NCBI GenBank assembly: GCA_951406725.2
Contig: OX597829.1
Location: 310,001-374,000 of the forward strand
Length of the DNA stretch: 64,000 nt
Reading direction: 5' to 3'
Origin: Octopus vulgaris
Lineage: Eukaryota
Position 1 is the stretch's first letter. Each line of letters starts with the position of its first letter. Of this stretch, positions 41,995-56,604 are shown in pieces. The notes beneath the pieces are model-generated. The model was not told the DNA's origin, did not search any database, and saw only the letters and a list, made by a program, of their open reading frames with translations. A program made the translations under genes and the position numbers.

Positions 41995-43319
41995 TATATA
42001 TATATATATATACATATATACATATATATATATATATTAGAAGAAATGAGGTAATCAGAAGATCAGATGGTTTATATTTACAGATATTTATTTATATATT
42101 ACATTTTTTACATATATATCATATCACTTAGATCATTAGCGCTTTCTCCCATTCTAGTGGGGTTTTCAAATCAAAATAATTCCTTTGTGGGGAATTTTAA
42201 TCATTTTATAGAATTTCGTAGTGGTGGGGAGGAACAAGACAACACAAGAGGGTGAGGTGGATGAGGAGGAAGTGAGAGAGAGAACATGTGTGTATGTGTA
42301 TGTGTGTGTGTGTGTGTGTGTGTATGTGTGTGTGTGTGCGCGTTTGTATCTGAGGCTAAAGAGAAAGAGGGGAAGGGAGAGGGAAGAAGAAGGATTTCCT
42401 TTGGTCTGCTGGACTCCAAGGGGGTTCTAAGAATTTCAGCTTTGACCACTTCAGTATCACTGAGTGTGTGGTGGGTAGGCAGGCCATAAATTACACCTTT
42501 TATCATTTTGAGGATGGTCAAATGCCGTTCGGGGTCTAAGAACTCTTTCCACTTTTTATGATCGTTTTGTGGAGGTGTGTGTGTGTGTGTCTGTGTGTCC
42601 GTGTGTGTCTGTGTGTGTGTGTGCGTGTGTGTGTGTATCTGTGTGTTTGGAGAAGGGGAGAGAGACAAAAAGAGAAAAGGGAAAAGAAAAATAAGGGAGG
42701 AAGGGGAAAAAATTTGTGTTGATATTTATACCACTACATATATATACATAGACTTATAGATGAAATATTTGAAAAAAAAAAACCTTTTATCGGTTCAAAA
42801 TGATCAACCAAATTACACCATCTTGAAAATTGTATATCATAGGAAAGTGAAAATTAAAGTGACAAATAAAAAGTAAAGATGGAAGTAAATTATAAAAATA
42901 ATAATATAATGTATATAACAGGCAATATATATATACACACACACATATATATACATATACAGACATATACTAAATGTTCTACTATATTATATTGTAAATC
43001 GAAAGATGCGTCCTTCAATGTCACTATATATATATATATATATATATACATGCTTGCACATGAAATATTAGAAAAAAACCACCTTCTATCGATTCAAAAT
43101 GAACAATCAAATTACATATATATACATATATATATATATATATCAACAAATATACAAGTATACATGAAAGTATATAAACATACACAAGATACGAATGCAC
43201 ACATGTATGCAATCATTTAACTTTTCGATGTATGCGAGTGCGCGATTGTATGTGTATGTATATGTATGTATGCACACACACAAATGCACATGACACAAAC
43301 ATATATAGATCTGCGCACA

Positions 43320-43375
<56 letters not shown>

Positions 43376-43379
43376 TACG

Positions 43380-43491
43380 ATAGGCCCGGGTCTATAGCAG
43401 AAGCCACTTGCCCAAGATGCCACGCAGTGGGACTGAACCCGGAACCATGAGGTTGGTTAGCAAGCTACTTACCACACAGCCACTCCTGCGC
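43380..43491 (-). mobile_element. SINE family B, head only
   Basis: CACTTGCCCAAGATGCCACGCAGTGGGACTGAACC...CCACTCCTGCG. Confidence 0.85.
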
Positions 43492-43497
43492 CTATAT

Positions 43498-43560
<63 letters not shown>

Positions 43561-43564
<4 letters not shown>

Positions 43565-44180
43565 TAATAAATAAAACATATGCATATATATATACATATA
43601 TGTACGTACCTGCCTCTACATGTATATATACACGCATATATGAGTACAGGACACAAAAAAAACGTCGAACAAAATGAGAAACGAAAACATAGACACAAAC
43701 CCAAGGAACTGGACATTTTTCTTAAACAACAACAAAAAATAGAGTACAGGACAAATAACACAAGGAAAAAACCCCTTTGTTTTTGTTACCATTTTTACCC
43801 CTCTACAAAAAGATCTCAAATTTTATTTGATTTGCTTTTCGCAGGAAGGAAAGTTTCTATCGAAGATACGTCTCGCCTTCACCTTCGAAACGTAGAGTAG
43901 ATGAAACCATGGCGACTGAAGAAGGTTTTTTCCTTGTGTTATTTGTCCTGTACTCTATTTTTTTGTTGTTTAAGAAAAATGTCCAGTTCCTTGGGTTTGT
44001 GTCTATGTTTTCGTTTCTCATTTTGTTCGACGTTTTTTTGGTGTCCTATATATCATATATGCGTGTATATATACATGTAGAGGTAGGTACGTACATATAT
44101 GTTTATATATATGCATATGTTTTATTTATTAATATATTATATGACGGAACGGACGCATCCCTTTCTAAGTAAGATTTTCT

Positions 44181-44182
<2 letters not shown>
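43561..44182 (+). mobile_element. Asymmetric palindromic insert with ~210-bp arms (PLE-like terminus)
   Basis: Arms ~43561-43773 and ~43924-44135, ~150-bp spacer, 47-nt tail, (TA)n on both sides. Confidence 0.72.
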
Positions 44183-44224
<42 letters not shown>

Positions 44225-44311
44225 ACAAAATAATAAATAAAACATATGTATATATACATATATGTACATACCTACAGATAGATAGAGAGATAGAGAGATA
44301 GAGAGATAGAG

Positions 44312-44390
<79 letters not shown>

Positions 44391-44544
44391 AAGACAGACA
44401 GACAGACAAATTGATATAAAGGCGCAGATGCTGGAAATATGATTCGAACGTAACAGTTTTTCACTCAAAATTGAAAAAAAATGATATTTTCTGTTAATAA
44501 CTAATCTAAACCCCAAATATAAAACAAAATAAATGCGTAGCATA

Positions 44545-44625
<81 letters not shown>

Positions 44626-44887
44626 ACACACATACACACACCATAGGCTTTTATAAGGAGTATATTTGGTGACAGTGGTGATATTCGTGATAATAGCGTT
44701 GTTTTTTTGTTGTTGTTGTTGTTGAATTATTTATTTATTTGTTCGTTTATTTATTTGAAGTAAGCATGAATCGTAAGAGATCTTTGAAGTTGCTTGAAAC
44801 GCATGACTGACATACGTGAAGCCAAGATATTCTGTCTGATACATACATACAAACAAACAAACATATATATGTATATATATACGTTTG

Positions 44888-44918
<31 letters not shown>

Positions 44919-44937
44919 TTGTATATGTATATGTGTA

Positions 44938-45024
<87 letters not shown>

Positions 45025-45060
45025 ATACATATGTATCTCTCTCTCTCTCTCTCTCTCTCT

Positions 45061-45101
<41 letters not shown>

Positions 45102-45239
45102 ACATACCTTTATTTTCGGATATATGTAAGATGTATAGGAATATACTTATAAGGTATATACTTACACATATGTGTATACATGTATTATACATAAATTTAT
45201 GTATGCATACAAACATATACGTATATGTATATTCACATA

Positions 45240-45283
<44 letters not shown>

Positions 45284-45319
45284 TACACACAGATATATAT
45301 ATATATGTATATATACATA

Positions 45320-45447
<128 letters not shown>

Positions 45448-45939
45448 TATACCTATGCTTATACGCGTAGGTTCAGTTTGAACTCTAACTTTTATGTTTG
45501 CCCATATATTATATTATGACACTCGGTATCCGAACATATATAATGACATTGCTGTTTGTTGGTTGTTCGTTGAGAAGTGGTCTCGATGCACGGTCGTACG
45601 CAGCGAAACGATGCAATCTATCCAGCTTGTTTTGTTTTGTTTTTTTTTTGTTTTTCTTCTTCTAGCCATGCCTATCGTAGCTGCGTCATGGTACATGCTA
45701 CAGCCCAAGATTTATGGTTTATCACTTAGAAAATCAACAACAACAACAACAACAACAAAAAAGATCATATATAAATAAAAATATATTTGTTGTTCCTTTA
45801 TTTCAAAGTCGATATGAGGAGAGTGTGTGAATGTCGGGAAAATTTTTTTTTTTTGATGGATTCATTTTGTAAGCCGAGTTAGTTCGGTTAGTGTGTGTCT
45901 TTATTTGATGACGGCGTTATTTATTATTATTCTGAAGCC

Positions 45940-47245
<1,306 letters not shown>

Positions 47246-47812
47246 CGTAATCATGATGGATGGTAAAGATTACAGAGATGAGATGAGTTGTGGTAAAAAC
47301 GATTAAAAACACTTACAAAAACTTTCTCTGTCTACAACCACTCAGAGAGAATTTTAATGCCTTCTGTGTTTTCCTTGGCAGCATCCCTACAGAGTTAGAC
47401 ATTTTTTATATCACTTTCCACTTCCTCTTTCTCCTACTACTCCCCCTTCCCCCTGCTTCGCCTCTTCTTCTTCTCCTTCTTCTTCTTCTTCTTCTTCCTC
47501 TTTTTCCTACTCCTCCCCTTCCCTGCTTCGCCTCTTCTTCTTCTTCTTCTTCTTCTTCTTCTTCTTCTTCTTCTTCATCTCTTTGACTGATTTTTTTTTA
47601 TTTTTTGGTTTTGTGTTTTTGTTTTCGTAGGTAGGGAGGGGTAATTTTAGTCTGTGACATCTCACCCTTTGGGAGCTAGTGATACCTCTTCTAGCTTGCA
47701 ATTCCCCTCAGAAAATAGAACAGTCAGACCACAATGGGTGTCATATTAATGTTGATACACACTCCACCCCGTCTCCCTCCCCATACTCTCCTCACTCACT
47801 CTCTCTCTCACA

Positions 47813-47854
<42 letters not shown>

Positions 47855-48007
47855 CACACGTACAGACAAACACTCACACGCAAACTCAAACATACGAATG
47901 TTTATTTTCTGTCTCTACTTCTTATTATTTAGATACATACAAACACATGTATACGTGTTTGTACGTACATATATACCTATATCTATCTATCTTGATATAT
48001 ATACGTA

Positions 48008-48063
<56 letters not shown>

Positions 48064-48064
48064 C

Positions 48065-48149
<85 letters not shown>

Positions 48150-48298
48150 CAATTCATAAATAAGGGCAAACAAAAAAATTTCTAATGCCAAATATGCCGA
48201 AAAATTGGACACATTGTCCATTAACCATATAATTTTTTCACAATATGCACGCTACTCGAAAAAATAATTTTTTTTCAAAAAAAATGTTATCCTACATT

Positions 48299-48342
<44 letters not shown>

Positions 48343-48790
48343 CTTGCTTGTCTATTTATATTTGTATGTCTATATATTATATACGTGTGTGTGCATGACT
48401 ATGTGTGTTTGTGAATGTATGTAAATAAGGGAGGAGAGTGCTTCTTTCAAAAATGTTATATTAAAAACACGACTATGTTCAATTTTTATCTTTTTATTTA
48501 TGACATTCAATATCTCAGTATTAATCGATTATATTCAGTTAAAAAATATATCGTTCCAAAATCGGTTAGGCTTATGTTTCGAGGGTTTCACAAAGTCATT
48601 TCCAAAGGAATCTGTGGTGATGTCGTACAGGTGGCATGCTGTGCGTTAAGTCGCAGACTCTTTTGGAAATAATTTTGGGAATGATAAAATCTTCAACTAT
48701 TGTTATATTTGAGGATGGACATATTTTCGTTAATTAACTACACGCACTATATATTTGGCCTTCACTTCAGCTTTATTGTTGTTATTATTA

Positions 48791-49348
48791 TTGAGTGAGA
48801 GAGCAGTACATACCGTCAAAGTGACACTAGGCTAAATTATACGAAGCCCAATATACCCATCATGACTACCCGTCTGATAAAGGTACACCAGGCACATGCA
48901 TCACAACCATATGTGCGCGACATGGTGATCTCCTATCAAGATAAATAGCACATGACCTTGCAGGTGGGGCCCAGTTAGAATTTTCTTCATTTTGAGTAGC
49001 CCATCCTGCTCAAACGGTCCCTGAATAAGGGTTGTTTAAGGATGTTGAAAGAACCACCCATGTTTCCAGAGGTGAACTATTCAAACCCCAAAGAATCCCT
49101 CTCAACACATGGCTATGATGCTCCCCCACTACTTCTGCTCGTGATCAGAGATGCACATATCGTCAGCCACTAAGGGATATACTCAACTTGTTAAGGTCAA
49201 ACAACTGACAAGCAAATCTGTGGTATTGAGCAGAATATTTGCTGTAGCCCATCTTTTATACCAAGACAAAACAATGTACATGATAACACTTCCAATCAGT
49301 TAAGATCAGAAGCCATGAGAGCCAGTGCCTAATACTGCATCAGGGCAT
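48791..49348 (-). mobile_element. 555-bp non-coding element in (TAA)n, copy 2
   Basis: Same termini (TTGAGTGAGAGAGCAG...CATCAGGGCA) as copy 1. Confidence 0.8.
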
Positions 49349-49363
49349 GTATTATTATTGTTA

Positions 49364-49444
<81 letters not shown>

Positions 49445-49517
49445 CCATCACCATCACCACCACTACCACCACCACCACCACCACCACCATCATCACCACC
49501 ACCACCAACACCACCAC

Positions 49518-49550
<33 letters not shown>

Positions 49551-49803
49551 TATTATATTTAGTGCCCTTTGAAATCTTTCGGCGTATCTACTGTGACCTC
49601 TTCAACTGCTCTGCGCCCCACCTTGGATTAAAGATTACACAATGATAAGAAGCACAGGGACGGCCGTGTGGTCAAGAAGCTTGCTTCCTAAACTTGTGGG
49701 TTTGCGTTCAGTCCCACTGCATCTTGAAAAAGCCAACCAAGGCTATGTCAGTGGATCTGGGTGACGGCAACTGAAGGACACTCGTCGTATATAAATATAT
49801 ATG

Positions 49804-49842
<39 letters not shown>

Positions 49843-50357
49843 TCAGACATGTATGTGTATGTAATGACCATTATTTATGCTTGTCTGATCTAATTCTTAT
49901 ATATATTTATTAACTCTGCCAGTACGGTTTTAAGCTTGCAGCCACCAACATGGTTACCTGTCATTAGAAATAATGTTCTTTATATATTCATATATATATA
50001 TACATGAATATAATTATTTTATATATATTTAAATGTATAATTTTTTTACCCACGGATCTCTTTGATTCCTATTTTACTCGGATGGACCCTTAGGGCCATA
50101 CAATGTTTAAATAAATTCCTTTTATATTTTTATAATTAAATATTATTAGGAATTGTATTAAATAAATTGTTAAAATATTTTGTGTTGCAGGTAAATGTTA
50201 GCAAAATCATGTGCTCCAGTGTCTACAAGCATGTATAAAAATTACAAGCACCTCTTCGCTGTATACATACATAACTGTATGTACAAACATACATGTATGT
50301 ATAATTCATTAACTAGAAAATAACAAAGGACTTTTCTATCTGAAAAAAAAAATTATG

Positions 50358-50704
50358 AGTGGCTATGTGTTAAGTATCTTGCTTACCATCCACATGGTTC
50401 CGAGTTCAGTCCCACTGCGTGGCAGCTTGGATAAATGACATCTGCTATAGCCTCGGGTAGACCAAGGCCTTGTGAGTGGATTTGGCAGACGGAAACTGAA
50501 GGAAGCCCGTAGTATAAATATATATATGTGTGTGTGTGTCTGTGTTTATCCCATCCTCACATCACAACCGATGCTGGTGTGTTTACGATAGAATAAGTTT
50601 GAAGGCCTACAAAGAATAAGTCCTGGGGTCGAATTGTTCGACTAAAGGCGGTGCTCCAGCATGGCCTCAGTCAATTGACTGAAGCAAATAAAAGAATAAA
50701 AGAG
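50358..50704 (+). mobile_element. SINE family B
   Basis: Head, core and tail present, small internal deletion. Confidence 0.88.
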
Positions 50705-51263
50705 TATGCAAATTAAGAGAATTTCCAATGCAATTTTTATATGGCTGCCTGTATGTATGTGTGCGTGTGTGTGTGTGCGCGCGTGTGTGTGTGCGCGTGT
50801 GTGTGTGTGTGTGTGTGCGTGTGTGTGTGTGTGTGCGTGTGTGTGTGTGCGTGTAATTTATGATCTAAGAAAAAAAAAACTAAAGGATTTCATTAATAAG
50901 GACAGATGTAAGCAATATGGAAAACGAGAGTATTTGAAAAAAAAAAAGAAATATAAAAGAAAAAATTATTTAATTTTAATCCGACCTTTCGTGAAAAATA
51001 TTGAATGTCAGAGCTTAGAAAAGATTGAACAGAGAGTGGAATTTCATTACAAGGGGTAGTAAGCTTTAGGGAAATTAAATAATTCGTTCTATTTTTGATT
51101 ACCTGCGCACATTCCCAAAGAAACATCATCCATATCTATACTGTTTTACAAATATACACATGCATGCATGCATATATATATATAAACTAATACACCTGTT
51201 TGTTGTTTACACACCTGTCTTCATCTTTTGGTTTTTTTTTGTTGTTTTTTTTTTGTAAATTCC

Positions 51264-51301
<38 letters not shown>

Positions 51302-51354
51302 TTTATTTAAAAGTATATATAACAAAAAAAAAGCTGTTACTCGGAGTTTCACGT

Positions 51355-51454
51355 TCCACTTTGGGCAAGGGTCTTCTACTATAGCCTCGAGCCGACAAAA
51401 ACCTTGTGAGTGGATTTGGTAGACGGAAACTGAAAGAAGCCCTTCGTATATATG

Positions 51455-51499
<45 letters not shown>

Positions 51500-51700
51500 T
51501 TGTGTGTCTGTGTTTGTCCCCCCAACATCGCTTGACAACCGATGCTGGTATGTTTACGTCCCCGTAACCTAGCGGTTCGGCAAAGAGACCAATAGAATAA
51601 GTACTACGCTTACAAAGAATACGTCCTGGGTTCGATTTGCTCGTTTAAAGGCGGTGCTCCAGTATGCCCACAGTCAAATGACTGAAACAAGTAAAAAAAA
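51355..51700 (+). mobile_element. SINE family B, 5'-truncated
   Basis: Starts at CACTTTGGGCAAGGGTCTT; tail GGCGGTGCTCCAG...GACTGAAACAAGTAAAA. Confidence 0.88.
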
Positions 51701-51773
51701 GTTTATATATATATATTAGCTACTGCACGCATTTTTTTTCTCTCCTTCTTTCTGTGTTTTCTCTCTCTGTGTA

Positions 51774-51811
51774 TCTTTCTGTTGAAGAGCGTAGGCTCGA
51801 AACGTTAAAGA
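51774..51811 (+). ncRNA. Minimal hammerhead-like motif (variant core CUGUUGA)
   Basis: TCTTT-CTGTTGA-A-GAGC(gtag)GCTC-GAAA-CGTT-AAAGA; homologue at 56298-56335 covaries in stem II. Confidence 0.6.
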
Positions 51812-51909
51812 CTTGTTTTATTTATATTTCCTGAGCGCCATACTAATACAATTGTTCGTTTGTTTTCCACCTGCCTTCGTCTTTTGTTTATTTTCATAAA
51901 GCTTCCCGT

Positions 51910-51942
<33 letters not shown>

Positions 51943-52004
51943 GTATTTATGCATGTATGTATGTATGTATGTATGTTTGTATTTTTTCACATATTCTTAT
52001 ATAT

Positions 52005-54440
52005 TTTTTATCTAGTTTCAGCTCACGAGCCGTAGCCATGCTGGGGCACCGCCATTTGGTGTTGCTACATGATTTTACTTCACGAATGCTTTTTAGCAAT
52101 TGACATTTGGTGCATGACGGAGTTTGATGCAGCTGCCCTCATCAGCACCTCCTGCCGCGAAGTTGGTTCATCTGGGACACCTGACAGGAAGAGGTCCAGC
52201 TTTATTTTGAAGACACCTACATCCACCCCATGCAGGTCTCTCAGGTCCTTCGGGAGGATATTGAAGAGCTGTGGACCTCTTAAGCCCAGGCTATTGCAGT
52301 ATCTTGTCCTACATCTTGATGGCAAATTTGGAGTCCTTGGCACTATGCAGTGGCGCCCAATTCTAGTTAGTGTAACTCTCGATGCCAAAGTTTGGGACAA
52401 GTCATTCCAGGATCTTCCAGGTGTATATTATGGCATATCTTTCTCGCCTACACTCTAATCTCTTGAGTCTTTCCCAATATAGAGGCTATCTTCTTTGTGT
52501 AGCTTCTTTGGATTGCCTCAAGTTCTGAGATTAATTTGACACTGGTTGGTGACCATAGCTGAGAGCAATAGTCAAAGTAGCTTAGGACAAGTGTCCTCCA
52601 GAGGACCATCATGGTTTCCTGGTCTCTTGTTCTAAAAGTTCTAAGAATCCATCCGGTCAGCCGCCTACATTTCATGTAAATGGCCAGGTTTCGCACTGAT
52701 TGTGCCTCTGGGATTGAAATCCCTCCAGGTCCAGTGTATTTATTGGGTATTGCATTTAGTTTTGCATGCTGATAGCATAAAGCTTGAAACTTTTCAGCAT
52801 TGAACTGCATGCTATTCTTTTCAGCCCACTTGTATATTTCGTCCAGCTCACATTGCAGGTGCATAGTGTCTTCAGGGTTCTGTATTGCCTGTGAAACTTT
52901 TGTATCATCTGCATAACTTGTAATCGTGGCTCTCTGCGTGGCTGAGGGCATGTCTGAGAGGGCCATTAGGAACAATAGTGGTCCCAAAACAGTGCCCTGC
53001 GGAACACCGCTCACTATTTACGTGTCATTGGAAGTGGTCCTATTGGCTACTACCTTCTGACTTCTATCCTTCAGAAAGTCATGAAGCCATTCTCCCAATT
53101 TTCCAACTATGCCAAGATCACGCAGTTTGTGACATATCATTCTATGATCTACTTTATCAAAGGCCTTTGCGAAGTCGGGATATAACACTTCCACATTTCA
53201 GTGGTTGTTGGGTGTCAAGCAGCAAGTCATTTTCTTCAAGGAAGGTAATTAGTTTCCTTCTGGCTATTTGTTCCATGACCTTGCTGACGTGTGAGGTCAG
53301 AGAGATAGGTCTGTAGTTTTTGGCCTCCGCTCTGCTACCTCCTTTATGAATAGGGCATATTTTACCCTCCTTCAGTTTTCTTGGAAGTTTGCCATTTGCT
53401 AGGAAGCTCTGAAAGAAGGACTGCAGTGGTCTTGCTAGGACTCTCTTACATACTTTTAGAAGGATTGCTTGGAATCCATCAGGGCCAGTAGCTGAGTTTG
53501 GGTTCATTTCATCTATAGCCTTTATTACACCGTCTTCCTTTATATATTGATGTAATCAATCATCGTTGCCTCTGATTTTATATCTGCAGTGGTAAAGAAG
53601 TCAGTTGGATAGCTGACTTGAAAATGCCCTAGGGGTGGAGTGAAAATACTTTTGAATTGCTCATTTAGTATTTCACTTATCCTCATTGGATTTCCTGTGA
53701 GTGTACCATCTTTTTCGAGGAGTGGCCCTGTCCTGCAGTGCACCGAAGCTGTTTCTTTGGCAAACTTGTAGAAAGCTCTGGGGTTAGATTTTATGTTGTC
53801 TATAGCCCAGGTTTCTTTGCCTGCTCTTTCTTTTTCATGGGAGAGTTGCAGACTTTTTTCAATTTCCAGCAGTTTTATTTTCAGGCGGGACTTTTCACTG
53901 CTTTCAAATTTTTTGTTTAGGCGATTTGAAACTTTTGTACGCCGTCTCATAAGAATTTTTCTTTCCCTGGGGATTTTGTTCTTGTGTACAGTGGCCTTTC
54001 TCTCTGGGACACATTTGTAGCATATGGCTTGCATTACAGACATGAATTGTTGAAGTTTCATGTCGATGTCCGATGAGGAGAGATATATATAGGCCATTTT
54101 TGTTTGAGGATCTCAATTTGTTTCCAGTTTGCCTTATGGAAGTTCAAGCTGGAAAAATTCTGAGAGTTTCTTGTAGGCTGCATGTCCATGGTTTCCTTTG
54201 GCCCGTACATGGTCAGCTCTACCGTGTTGTGATCCGAGAGTAGCGTCGGTGTCACTTTCACATTATGGATGAGATCCATATTATTTGTGAATCAGAGATC
54301 TATTATGTTACCTGTCCTGGTTGGCTGGAGTACTATTTCTTCCATGTGCAAAGTGTTGATGAGGTTCAAGAGGGACTTCACCTGTCCTTGTTCGCATCGT
54401 GTCATTCCTGGAAGAGAAAGGCATTCGGGCCATCTGACAT
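52005..54440 (-). mobile_element. CR1-like LINE, 5'-truncated, disrupted ORF2 (APE end + RT)
   Basis: PTLLSDHN; IKSNPRAFYKF; SATGPDG; NYRPISLTS; DFAKAFDKVD; SGVPQGTVLGPLLF; SYADDTKV; frameshifts and deletions. Confidence 0.92.
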
Positions 54441-54630
54441 TATAATAACTAATCTGATATTATAATAACTAAAGAAAAAAAAATCTATAGTCAGAAGGTA
54501 AATTTTAATACTATCATGTTCTTAACAATCAAATCAACCTCTCTGTATGTATATCTACCCTGTTTATAATGTTGGCAAACGAAATGGAAATAAGTATATG
54601 TATTGTCCGTTGATAGAAAACTTCTATAAA

Positions 54631-54714
54631 TGGCTGAAGATGGTTCAATATTTTAAAACTGATGTAATACTTACAATGTTTAATAAAATGAAGTAGCATG
54701 AAACGATCGTACCA
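54631..54714 (+). ncRNA. Type I hammerhead motif with long AT-rich stem II
   Basis: TGG-CTGAAGA-(59 nt imperfect hairpin)-GAAA-CGATC-GTA-CCA; palindromic ACGATCGT. Confidence 0.6.
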
Positions 54715-55278
54715 AATTACCGAAGATATACTTGTTGCTTATTTTGATTATAATCACTCCATGGATTCATATGGATAATACCATACAAAATTCTGGTGCC
54801 TCTGAGTTAAGTACCATATTCATTTGAATCTAAATTTTGCTAAACTTATATATAAATATACACGCACATTCATACATAGTCCACGCATCCTTATGAATAC
54901 ACCTATGCGTGTACATATATATATATATGTGCACCTGTGTGTGTGCCCCGCGCATGTTTGTTTACTTTCTTTGAAAAGTTGCTGAAATCAGTGTTGTAAA
55001 CAACTTCGCGTCAACAACTTCCTGTTTGGAAGACGTGTAAAATCTATTAGCCTTTACTTGGAAAAAAAAAAGAATTAGGAATTACTATCAGGAAGAGCAA
55101 GCGTAGACAAACAGACTAACACGAAAGAAAAGAAAGAAAAAAAGAATGAAAGATTATATACACACACGTTAATTTAAAATGTTACCTGAATGATAATATT
55201 TTGAAAAGAGGAATTTATTATTTAATTTCATTTGTATATATAATTATATATTTATATATACACAGGTGTATATATAAA

Positions 55279-55508
55279 GGTGGCGAGCTGGCAGAACCGT
55301 TAGCACGCCGGGCGAAATGCGTAGCCGTATTACGTCTGCCGTTACGTTCTGAGTTCAAATTCCGCCGAGGTCGACTTTGCCTTTCATCCTTTCGGGATCA
55401 ATAATTTAAGTACCAGTTACGTACTGGGGTTGATATAATAAACTTAATCCGTTTGTCTGTCCTTGTTTGTCGCCTCTATATTTAGCCCCTTGTGGTTAAT
55501 AAAGAAAG
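55279..55508 (+). mobile_element. SINE family A
   Basis: Consensus match. Confidence 0.92.
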
Positions 55509-55744
55509 ATATACACTGCTGTGTGTGTTCATACGTGCGTGCGTATGTGATATTGAAATATTTTATATAATTTACTATGAAAACTTGCAGCTTCATTCTT
55601 ATTAAAATACCAGTTACTGCTGAGCACAAAACCTCGTGTTTCAATTCGCCTGCAATTAGACTCTCTGGCTGATTCTCACTCTCTTTGTTGTTGTAGTTTC
55701 CCTCCACAAGCATGAGCTACGTGTGAAATACATTGCGTTATAGC

Positions 55745-55954
55745 ATTCTTTTTATTCTTTTACTTGATTCAATCATTTGACTGTGGCTATGCTGGGGCAC
55801 CGCCTTGAGGGGTTTCAGTCTAGCAAATCCACATCGGAACTTATTTCTTAAACCTAGTACTTATTCTATGGTTCACTTTTGCCGAACCGCTAAGTTACAC
55901 TAACACAGCAGCACCGGTTGTTAAGCGGTAAGGAAGGACAAACACAAGTACAAG

Positions 55955-55993
<39 letters not shown>

Positions 55994-56134
55994 ACACATA
56001 TACATATACATATATATTTATATAAATAAATATATATATATATATTATATTATATTATATCATATTAGGTTATATAATATAATATAATATAATATATATA
56101 TATTTATTTATATAAATATATATGTATATGTATA

Positions 56135-56174
<40 letters not shown>

Positions 56175-56208
56175 CTTGTACTTGTGTTTATATATATATA
56201 TATGTATA

Positions 56209-56253
<45 letters not shown>

Positions 56254-56575
56254 CTGAAATCTACAAGTTTTTTTCATTCTCTCTCTATTTTCTCTTATTC
56301 CTTTGTTGAAGTGCATAGGCACGAAACGTAAAAGACTAGCGTCAAACTAAAACACCTACTTGTTGTTTATACACCTGTCTTCGTCTTTTGTTTTCTTATA
56401 CATTTCAACTATATGCATGTGTGTCTGTGTATGTATGTATATATAGACGACGGTCTTCTTTCAGTTTCTACGAAATCCACTCACAAGGCTTTGGTATGCG
56501 CGAGCCTATAATGGAAGACACTTGCCCAAAGGCCACGGAACCATGTGGTTGGGAAGTAAGTGTTTTAACACACAA
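55745..56575 (-). mobile_element. SINE family B split by insertions in its internal microsatellite
   Basis: 3' half ~55745-55955, 5' half ~56447-56575. Confidence 0.78.
56298..56335 (+). ncRNA. Decayed hammerhead-like motif, homologue of 51774-51811
   Basis: TTGTTGA-A-GTGC(atag)GCAC-GAAA-CGTA-AAAGA. Confidence 0.5.
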
Positions 56576-56604
56576 TCAGGCTTGCAAGAAACTTAATTAT
56601 TCTG

